From contig JBJMMA010000001.1 in assembly GCA_045805065.1 (NCBI GenBank), positions 1-22,506 on the forward strand: a DNA stretch of 22,506 nt, read 5' to 3'. Positions 1-7,156 of the stretch are shown here, in pieces (position 1 is the first letter of the stretch; every line of letters starts with the position of its first letter). This stretch comes from Bdellovibrionia bacterium (GTDB lineage: Bacteria > Bdellovibrionota > UBA1018). Position numbers and translations under genes: made by a program. Below the pieces are notes generated by a model that saw only the letters and a list, made by a program, of their open reading frames with translations, had not been told where the DNA came from and did no database searches.

Positions 1-2
1 AC

Positions 3-809
3 GACGACAAGACGCGGATAAAGGCTGCAATCTTCAGCAACCACAGCGGTGACCAGTACGAGCAGCGCGCTCGCTCAGTTTTGTCTCGTCAGGCGCGCCG
101 AAAGTATGTCAATTCGCTTGATGACTTTTACGACCACGTTGTTTCTCATATTGAGCGGACCGTCCAGCTTGCGGCGGAGTTGAAGAGACTTCATCCGGAA
201 CGCTACCGGGATGTCGATCCAGGGTTGCTTGAGATCTTCATGAACCGGCATGATTTTGCCAAAATCGCGAAGGACGAGACTACTGGGAAAAGGTCTTTCC
301 TGGAGGGGCTCTATCAACAATACGGAAGGGATTTTAACTCGTTCTCTCCCGATGAGAAGGCCATGGTGCTTAAGTATAAAGATGCACTGAATAAAGCCGA
401 TGCTCAGCATGCGCGCGACTTTTTCAAAGTGCATAATTATAACCGCCAATTCATTAAAAAGAACGGTCACTATACGGATCTTGCCAAGCTGTACCTTGAG
501 ATTGAGAGTATCGCCGATAAGGTGGACCGTGGGCTATCGCCTGTTTCGGCGGAAGAGTTCAACCGCGTAAAGATGAAGCCTGCCAGTGAGTTTTTGTCAG
601 ATCCGGTTCAAAAACGGCTGGCAGAATCTTTGGAGAGAAGTCGAGGCCCTGGCATTCCAAGTCCTTATGAGTACGCCACTAAGGGACATACCTTTGAGGA
701 GTTCCGGGCGCGAAAAGCTCGCATGCAGAATGTTGAGCAAACCTGCATGATCAATCATCTGATGCATGAGATCCTCAAACGCGAGCAGATGCTGCCGCTT
801 CGGCACTAA
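3..809 (+). CDS. HD-domain (metal-dependent phosphohydrolase-like) protein, 5'-truncated by the window edge
   Basis: The frame is open from position 3 (DDKTRIKAAIFSNHSG...), so the TTG at 81 is probably internal. Motifs SHIERTVQLA ... RHDFAK ... IADKVD match the H...HD...D pattern of the HD superfamily. Confidence 0.6.
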   Translation, partial: DDKTRIKAAIFSNHSGDQYEQRARSVLSRQARRKYVNSLDDFYDHVVSHIERTVQLAAELKRLHPERYRDVDPGLLEIFMNRHDFAKIAKDETTGKRSFLEGLYQQYGRDFNSFSPDEKAMVLKYKDALNKADAQHARDFFKVHNYNRQFIKKNGHYTDLAKLYLEIESIADKVDRGLSPVSAEEFNRVKMKPASEFLSDPVQKRLAESLERSRGPGIPSPYEYATKGHTFEEFRARKARMQNVEQTCMINHLMHEILKREQMLPLRH

Positions 810-870
810 TCAGCCCAGTCTAGTCAGCCCAGTCTAGTCAGCCCAGTCTAGTCAGCCCAGTCTAGTCAGC
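810..870. repeat. Perfect tandem repeat, 14-bp unit TCAGCCCAGTCTAG x4 plus a 5-bp partial copy
   Basis: Copies at 810-823, 824-837, 838-851 and 852-865, then TCAGC at 866-870. Read directly from the sequence. Confidence 0.97.
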
Positions 871-1695
871 AATGCTGGTTTGACGAGGATCAAGCCAATC
901 TCGCAGACCATCGCCTAAGGCATTGAAAGCGAGCACGGTCAGAAAAAGCACGCCGCCAGGAAAGATCATGAGATGCGGAAACGCGCGAATGGATCGAAAA
1001 CCTTCGGCTGCCAACGTACCCCAGCTTGAGAAGGGTGGCTGAAGCCCTAAGCCGATGAACGAGAGAAAGCTCTCGGCCATGATATTGGCAGGGATCTGAA
1101 GCGTGAGGGATACGATGATCGGTCCCATGAGATTGGGAAGTATATGTCGCCAGAGAACGCGGCCGTGGCCGATGCCGATAGCGCGTGCGGATTCGACATA
1201 AGCCATTTCACGCGCTTGCAGCACCTGTCCACGCACCAGGCGTGCTTGCGTGACCCAGGCTGTGAGACTGATGGCTACAAAGATGCCGGTCGCGCCCTGA
1301 CCAAAGACCAGCATGAGCAGAATCGCCAGAAGAAGAGATGGAAAGATGTAAAACAAATCCACCACGCGCATGAGGATCTCATCGATCCATCCGCCATAAT
1401 ATCCTGCGATCGCGCCTGTCAAAGTGCCCAGAAGCAAAGAGGCTACGGCCGTGAAGATGCCTACGGCTAAAGACATGCGCGCGCCAAAAAGGACGCGACT
1501 GTAAAGATCCCGCCCAAGACCATCCGTTCCCATCCAGTGCATGAGGGATGGGCCCTCGAGCCGATGCTCGATCATCTGGTCGGCATAGCCGTAATGCGTG
1601 ATCCAAGGGGCACAAATTGCAGCCAGGCTCACCAAAAGCAAGAATGCCAAACCGACGACGGCCCAGGGACTGCGCTTGAAAAGTTTCCTGATCAT
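862..1695 (-). CDS. oppC: Oligopeptide/dipeptide-type ABC transporter permease (OppC/DppC family)
   Basis: HWMGTDGLGRDLYSRVLFGARMSL, EAA loop YVESARAIG, HILPN, ESFLSFIGLG...SWG, FNALGDGLRDWLDPR. ATGA overlap with oppB. Confidence 0.93.
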   Translation of the reverse strand: MIRKLFKRSPWAVVGLAFLLLVSLAAICAPWITHYGYADQMIEHRLEGPSLMHWMGTDGLGRDLYSRVLFGARMSLAVGIFTAVASLLLGTLTGAIAGYYGGWIDEILMRVVDLFYIFPSLLLAILLMLVFGQGATGIFVAISLTAWVTQARLVRGQVLQAREMAYVESARAIGIGHGRVLWRHILPNLMGPIIVSLTLQIPANIMAESFLSFIGLGLQPPFSSWGTLAAEGFRSIRAFPHLMIFPGGVLFLTVLAFNALGDGLRDWLDPRQTSIAD

Positions 1696-2618
1696 CGCAC
1701 GTCTTCCCGAATGCGGATGCGAGGATCAGCCCAGCCGTACATGAGGTCCGTCACAAAGTTGGAGGCGACAAGAATTGCGCCGTAAACAAGCGTGATTCCC
1801 ATCACCAATGGATAGTCGCGGTTGAGCACGCCTTGAACAAAGAATCGACCCATTCCAGGAATCTGGAAAACAGTCTCCACGACAAAGGATCCCGTCACAA
1901 GGCCCGCAGCCAGAGGTCCGATCATCGTAAGCACAGGGATGAGCGAGTTTCGCAAAGCGTGTTTGAAGATGACTCGCGTGGGTGCGAGACCTTTCGCATA
2001 AGCGGTGCGAATGTATTCTGAGCTCAACGTCTCAAGCATCGATGCGCGAGTCAGGCGCGCGATCATGGCAAGCGGTCGCAAGGCGAGCGTTGCGACTGGA
2101 AGGATAACCGAATCCCAGCCTTCCCAAAGTGCCGGAGGCAGCCACATGAGGTGAAGTGAGAAATAAAGAATCAGAAGACTTGCGACGAGATAGCTTGGCA
2201 AGCTGATGCCAGCGACCGCGATGAACATGGACGAGGAGTCAAGCCAGGTTCCACGCTTCCAGGCTGCAAGGCATCCCAGTGGGATCCCCAGAACAATAGA
2301 AACCATAAGCGCCCAACTGCCCAACAAAAGGGAAGGAGGAAGGGATTCGCTGATCATCTCAGTCACAGGGCGGCCCATGTACTGGAAGGACTCACGAAAA
2401 TCACCGTGCGAGACGTCTTTGAGCCATTGAGCAAACTGAATCGTGACCGGCTGATCGAGGCCGTATTTGCGATCGATATTGGCTTTGATCTCAGGTGGCC
2501 AGGCGCGATCCCCATCGAAGGGACCGCCGGGAGCCACGCGTATCAAAAAGAAAGTGAGCGTTGAGAGCAGGAAGAGCGTCAAGGCTGCGGATGCAATTTT
2601 TTTGAAAAACCAACTCAC
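1692..2618 (-). CDS. oppB: Oligopeptide/dipeptide-type ABC transporter permease (OppB/DppB family)
   Basis: APGGPF, YGLDQP, EYIRTAYAKGL, KHALRNSLIP, VETVFQIPGMG, RDYPLVMG, DPRIR. Start reassigned to GTG at 2618, preceded by AAGGAG. The 2756 start would overlap the DUF429 gene by about 120 bp. Confidence 0.92.
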   Translation of the reverse strand: MSWFFKKIASAALTLFLLSTLTFFLIRVAPGGPFDGDRAWPPEIKANIDRKYGLDQPVTIQFAQWLKDVSHGDFRESFQYMGRPVTEMISESLPPSLLLGSWALMVSIVLGIPLGCLAAWKRGTWLDSSSMFIAVAGISLPSYLVASLLILYFSLHLMWLPPALWEGWDSVILPVATLALRPLAMIARLTRASMLETLSSEYIRTAYAKGLAPTRVIFKHALRNSLIPVLTMIGPLAAGLVTGSFVVETVFQIPGMGRFFVQGVLNRDYPLVMGITLVYGAILVASNFVTDLMYGWADPRIRIREDVR

Positions 2619-2634
2619 GAAGGAGGCTCCTTGC

Positions 2635-3525
2635 TTAACGGTGCGACAGGTTAGGGTAGTGAACCCAGCCTGTGGCCGTAGGAAAGCCGGGAGGAGCCGC
2701 GGCGGTTTGTTCGAGATCCGATAAAAGCGCAGTGTAGGCGCAGAGGAATGCGTCAAAAGCGCTTAAGTTCATCGCAAGCTTGCGAATGTCTTTGTCATAA
2801 ACAAAGACATCGCGCTGCTCGACCAGTGCTTCCAGAATATCCTCGCGTGCCTGAACGCCTTCTTCGAGGCGCCGGTAAGCTGAGATGGTTCTCTTTGAAA
2901 TTCCCAAGGGCTCAGCCAGAGCGGCGATGGTGAGTTTTGGCCAGGCTTCGATGAGCTCAATCTTGCGAAGGTAAGGCTTGAGATAAATCATCCGCGCAGT
3001 GAGAGGTGCTTTGTTTCCACCGAGCGTCTCATCGATTTCAAATCTCTCGTAAGGATGGAGCTTAGGAAGAACCTGATAGCGTACCCAGAGCTCGACCGGG
3101 CGCTGAGTGTAGGGAGTGAACTCAAGTACTTTGACTTGATGAGAGCGTTGCGCTTTTTTGGTCATTTCGCGCATCCACTTGATGGCTGAGTTGCAGCGGG
3201 TCTGCGAAAGGCGGCTCAGGCAAGGAGGCATTTCCAGCGGAACGTTCACACCCATTCGGACTTTTTTTCGTCCATTGGCCGAGTCTTCGGTGAGCTCATC
3301 GATCAAGCTGATGAGCTGCTCATCGGCGGCGGCTTGGCCGCTGCGATCGCCATTGGATTTCGAAGAGAACTTTTCAGATGCGTTCTTCTCTGGAATCCGG
3401 TCATGGATATCGAGAAGAAAGATCTTTTGTTCCTTGGGATAGAATTCCAGGACAGCTACCGCGGTTTTTGGATTTTTTGCCCCGGAGAGCTCCAGACCGA
3501 GGTAACGCTTGGATTCACGCACCAC
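2635..3525 (-). CDS. DUF429-like protein (predicted RNase H-fold nuclease family)
   Basis: YLGLELSG..KTAVAVL, GVNVPL, IEAWP and FDAFLCAYTA follow the DUF429 pattern GIDL / IDAPL / EVYP / DAxxxA. The C-terminal GWVHYP is also typical. Confidence 0.72.
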   Translation of the reverse strand: MVRESKRYLGLELSGAKNPKTAVAVLEFYPKEQKIFLLDIHDRIPEKNASEKFSSKSNGDRSGQAAADEQLISLIDELTEDSANGRKKVRMGVNVPLEMPPCLSRLSQTRCNSAIKWMREMTKKAQRSHQVKVLEFTPYTQRPVELWVRYQVLPKLHPYERFEIDETLGGNKAPLTARMIYLKPYLRKIELIEAWPKLTIAALAEPLGISKRTISAYRRLEEGVQAREDILEALVEQRDVFVYDKDIRKLAMNLSAFDAFLCAYTALLSDLEQTAAAPPGFPTATGWVHYPNLSHR

Positions 3526-4591
3526 GACGAATATGTACCTCTAGGCCGCGCGGAGACGCCCGAAAGGGGAGTGCGCGCATGCCTTCGGCAACGAGGGCTC
3601 TCTCGACTGCCGCCTTGTCTTTTGGATCCGGAAGATAAATAAAGAAGCATCCGCCACCGCCTGCGCCGCAGATCTTACCGGCGCGGCCCGGAGCGATGCT
3701 CTTTGCGATCTCAAATGCGCGATCCATCTCAGGCGTGCTGATGCCTGCGGCGAGAGTTCTGCGAACATCCCACTCAGCAGCGATTGCCTCACCGGCATCG
3801 CTCCAGCGACGCTCGAGCAAGCAGGTCTCCAGCTTGCGAGTCGCTTGATTGATCTTGGCAAAACGCCCGCGGATGTCTTCTTGGTTATCGATGAAGCCTT
3901 TGAAGAGCGCCCAATTGTTGATGCCGGAGTTGCGGCTTTGTCCCGAGTAAAAAAGAAGAAGCCGAGACTCAAGCTCCGGGATCAAATCATCTGGAAGCCA
4001 TTCGCGTTGATGACGGCCAGCGCCCCATTGAAGGCTTTGAAGTCCGCCGTACATTGCGCCGTAATAATCTTGAACGCCTGCAGGAACTTGAATGACCGTG
4101 GTCTCAACATCGCGAACGATATCGATCCATTTTTCGCCTTCTTCAACCGGGTTCACAGGCTGGCCTTTCGCCCAGCTTGCAAGCGCGCCAATCATGGCGA
4201 TGCTCAAAGTCGAAGAGCCACCGAGTCCTGCACCTGCTGGACTCTTGGCGCGAGTCTTCAAGGTGAGATCCGTTCCAGGCTTTCTAAAAAGCGTGAAGTG
4301 GCGAAGAAGCTTCAAGTGAAGCTCAAGCTGCGGAGGAACCTTGGCTTGAGAGAGGGCTTCCCAGCTGATCTCTTGCTCGATGTTTTGATCATCCGAGCGC
4401 AAGGTGACAGATCCGTGGCCTGCTTTTTTGGAATCCGATTCAATCAACTCGGCTTCGGCAAAAAGATCGATCCCAAGATTGATCGTCGTTGGACGCTCGA
4501 GGAAAAGATAAAGCGGCCAAAGATCAATCGTGCCGCCGGCAAGATCAATACGAGTAGGAGCCCGAGATGTAATGTGAGTCTTAGTGGCCAT
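3515..4591 (-). CDS. GHMP-family sugar(-phosphate) kinase, HddA (heptose-7-phosphate kinase)-like
   Basis: RAPTRIDLAGGTID, GHMP signature PAGAGLGGSS, GVQDYY, GKICGAGGGG. Start reassigned to ATG 4591 (MATKTH), overlapping the hpt stop. Confidence 0.88.
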   Translation of the reverse strand: MATKTHITSRAPTRIDLAGGTIDLWPLYLFLERPTTINLGIDLFAEAELIESDSKKAGHGSVTLRSDDQNIEQEISWEALSQAKVPPQLELHLKLLRHFTLFRKPGTDLTLKTRAKSPAGAGLGGSSTLSIAMIGALASWAKGQPVNPVEEGEKWIDIVRDVETTVIQVPAGVQDYYGAMYGGLQSLQWGAGRHQREWLPDDLIPELESRLLLFYSGQSRNSGINNWALFKGFIDNQEDIRGRFAKINQATRKLETCLLERRWSDAGEAIAAEWDVRRTLAAGISTPEMDRAFEIAKSIAPGRAGKICGAGGGGCFFIYLPDPKDKAAVERALVAEGMRALPFRASPRGLEVHIRRGA

Positions 4592-5117
4592 GTTCGAGAT
4601 AACCGACGTATGGAAGTCCGCGATGTTTACCTGCGTAATCGATACCGTAGCCGACAACAAACTCGTTGCCGATCTTAAAGCCGGTGTAATCGACCTGAAC
4701 ATCCGCCTTGATGGCGTCTTCCTTCACCAAAAGCGAGCAGCTCTTGAGAGTAGCCGGACGGCGGGTCTTCAACGTGTTCATGATGTAAGAAAGTGTCAAA
4801 CCGGAGTCGACGATGTCTTCAAAGACAATGACATGCTTGCCTTCAAGCGGCTCGTTCATATCGAGCGTCACTTTGACTTCGCCTGAGGAAACCATCTTAT
4901 TGCCGTAGCTCGAGACGCCGAGGAACTCGCAGCTCATCGGAACGTCCAGGTGGCGAATGATGTCGGAGAAGAAGATGAAGCTGCCCTTGAGAACACAGAC
5001 AGCAACGATTTCCTGGCCGCGATAATCATGATTGATCTCGTGGGCCATTTCCGCGACGCGAGCTTGCAAGCGGACTTCTGGAATCAGGATTTTAGGTTGT
5101 TCGTTAGACATAGGCAT
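4581..5117 (-). CDS. hpt: Hypoxanthine(-guanine) phosphoribosyltransferase
   Basis: VCVLKGSFIFFSD, VSSYG, PRPP loop VIVFEDIVDSGLTL, FVVGYGIDY..KHRGLPYVG. Alternative start at ATG 5111. Confidence 0.96.
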   Translation of the reverse strand: MPMSNEQPKILIPEVRLQARVAEMAHEINHDYRGQEIVAVCVLKGSFIFFSDIIRHLDVPMSCEFLGVSSYGNKMVSSGEVKVTLDMNEPLEGKHVIVFEDIVDSGLTLSYIMNTLKTRRPATLKSCSLLVKEDAIKADVQVDYTGFKIGNEFVVGYGIDYAGKHRGLPYVGYLEHGH

Positions 5118-5922
5118 TATTCATGATCTCCCCAAAGCCACCACCGCCAGGCACGATATAGTGCTTGTCGTTTAGCCCTCGTTCTTGGTCCCAATGCGTT
5201 CCTGGAATCGTATCCAGGACGTTCTTGGGTGATAGACCTCGGTCTAGGCGTATAGCGTACACCACGAGGTCCGGATGTCGCGACTGGATTTTTTTCAAGT
5301 ATTCAGGAGTGACGATGCAGTGAAGGGCAATGTACTTTGAGGCTTTGCCACGTTTCTTGTACATGTCGACCGCTTCAACCAGGGTGCCGCCGGTTGCGCC
5401 CATGGGATCCGGGAAGAGGACGATCGATCCGTCCACATCTCCGCCGATCTTATGTCCTGAAACCCGGCTTCCCGTGACCTTTTCCTGCTCATCGGTGGTT
5501 CGACCGATGCTGATATGATCCTGTCTCACGGTTTTAGGGTTCATGAAGTAATTCAGAGCCGAATAGCAAACGTGAGACGGAAGAGTTCCCGCGCGCGCCA
5601 GATTGACGGATACGACGGGCGTTTCAGGGTTGATGATCGGTCCCTGATACATGGCCTCCGGATGAACAGGCGCCATGCGGGTCCTGATCTGCGTCTGCTG
5701 GGTTGGGAACTCGCGGTTCACCACGATCTGAAGAAGCGAGATGTAGATCGTCGTGATCAGTTCATTGATGACAGGCTGATGCGTATCTTCGGCGCAAAGG
5801 CGGGCCAGGTAGGAGAGCAGGAACGGATTCGACAGAAGGTGAACGTTCTTTCCATAGCGGTGCTCTGTTTCTGAGAGCTGATAGGGAACGTTCTTAAACT
5901 GTGAATCCGGGTGCGCGATCAT
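5104..5922 (-). CDS. upp: Uracil phosphoribosyltransferase-like protein (divergent)
   Basis: LARAG, PRPP loop [21 protein letters not shown]. Lies between tdk and hpt with an ATGA overlap with tdk. Confidence 0.8.
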   Translation of the reverse strand: MIAHPDSQFKNVPYQLSETEHRYGKNVHLLSNPFLLSYLARLCAEDTHQPVINELITTIYISLLQIVVNREFPTQQTQIRTRMAPVHPEAMYQGPIINPETPVVSVNLARAGTLPSHVCYSALNYFMNPKTVRQDHISIGRTTDEQEKVTGSRVSGHKIGGDVDGSIVLFPDPMGATGGTLVEAVDMYKKRGKASKYIALHCIVTPEYLKKIQSRHPDLVVYAIRLDRGLSPKNVLDTIPGTHWDQERGLNDKHYIVPGGGGFGEIMNNAYV

Positions 5923-6632
5923 TTAGATTTGGCCTTATCCTTTTTAGCTTCGGGTCTGGCTTCAGGCTTACTGGTCATTGTACCCGTTGTGAGCGGTTTG
6001 ACCGTCGACTCAGTTGCCTCTTGAACAGGAATCATATCCGGTTCGTGGCAAAAACGGCAGCGGGGTTCGTAAAAGTCTTTGGCTCCGACCAGGATTTTTT
6101 GATCGCCCTGCGCGCCTTCGCTGGATTGAGGTGCCGCGACGCGCTGAGACCGGGAGGCTGGACCACCGCAACCCATACAGACCGCCGAAAGTTTGGTGAC
6201 GTCTTCAGCGATGGCTAAAAGTTTTGGCATCGGGCCAAACGGTTGACCGCGGAAATCCATGTCGAGTCCTGCGACGATGACACGCATGCCACGATAGGCA
6301 AGCTTATTGGCCACTTCAACGACCGCATCGTCAAAGAACTGAGCTTCGTCGATTCCCACTACGCGGGTGTTGTCGTCGACATATTTAAGAATATCGCGTG
6401 CCTTCTCAACAGGCTTGGAGAGGACGCGGTTGGCGTCATGGCTCTGCACATGATCTGCGCTATAGCGATTGTCGATGATGGGCTTGAAGACTTGAACCTT
6501 GTGACGTGCGATTTGGGCGCGCTTCACACGGCGGAGAAGTTCCTCGGTCTTGCCGCTGAACATGCTTCCACAGATTACCTCAATCGTGCCGCCACCCATT
6601 GTCCGTTGAAATCGATGAAACATAAATGCCAC
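5919..6632 (-). CDS. tdk: Thymidine kinase (type II, TK1-like)
   Basis: P-loop [39 protein letters not shown], Zn site CMGC...CRFC. Start is GTG 6632 or ATG 6623/6599. Confidence 0.97.
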   Translation of the reverse strand: MAFMFHRFQRTMGGGTIEVICGSMFSGKTEELLRRVKRAQIARHKVQVFKPIIDNRYSADHVQSHDANRVLSKPVEKARDILKYVDDNTRVVGIDEAQFFDDAVVEVANKLAYRGMRVIVAGLDMDFRGQPFGPMPKLLAIAEDVTKLSAVCMGCGGPASRSQRVAAPQSSEGAQGDQKILVGAKDFYEPRCRFCHEPDMIPVQEATESTVKPLTTGTMTSKPEARPEAKKDKAKSK

Positions 6633-6712
6633 GGGCCCCCCGACCCGGTCCTGCCCAAAAGATGCTGTCTGCTATCCTTTGGCTGTAGCAAATCGGAGGA
6701 GTTTTTTGGACG

Positions 6713-7156
6713 TTATTTTTGGCGATAAATGAGGAATTCACCCTCTTGAACGAGGTGACTGAAGGCACCTTCGTCTTGAGTGCGGCAGCCTTGAATCTGA
6801 AGCGTATCCTTCTGATTTTTCAGCGTAATTGTATAGGGGGCGCGGCAGTCTGCGCTTGCAAGAGAGCGGCGCTGGGAAATGAAATTCCTGACTTTTGAGA
6901 CAAACTCCTGATAGTGCACAGCGTCGACCTGGCATTGCTTGAGTTGAGTTCCATCGACCAGGCTTTTTCCATGTACGCCCTGGGCATCCGACTCCAAAGT
7001 GAGTCGGCGGTCGGAATGGCGAAGCACGTAATGAATTTCGACCGTAGCCTGAGCCCAGTCTTGAGCGTTGGAATTGCTTGGAGTGTTCGTCGTCGGAGCA
7101 TGAGAGCAGCCGCAGGCGGCTGCCATCAGGATTAGGAATGTCATTAACTTCTGCAT
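6713..7156 (-). CDS. Hypothetical lipoprotein
   Basis: MQK + hydrophobic stretch + lipobox-like AAAC/ACGC, followed by a polar T/N/S linker. TAATG overlap with the upstream peptidase. Confidence 0.75.
   Translation of the reverse strand: MQKLMTFLILMAAACGCSHAPTTNTPSNSNAQDWAQATVEIHYVLRHSDRRLTLESDAQGVHGKSLVDGTQLKQCQVDAVHYQEFVSKVRNFISQRRSLASADCRAPYTITLKNQKDTLQIQGCRTQDEGAFSHLVQEGEFLIYRQK

Noticed and set aside
810..870. 14-bp repeat as a CRISPR array
   Set aside because: The units are directly adjacent with no spacers, are too short, and no cas genes are present.
2619..2756. N-terminal extensions given by the ORF track for OppB (also GHMP kinase 4592-4702 and NrnA 20875-20940)
   Set aside because: They overlap neighbouring genes or leave no promoter space. 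Downstream starts with an RBS or coupling overlap fit the family N-termini better.
3845..4678. 277-aa plus-strand ORF
   Set aside because: Antisense shadow of the GHMP kinase and hpt genes, with no recognisable motifs.
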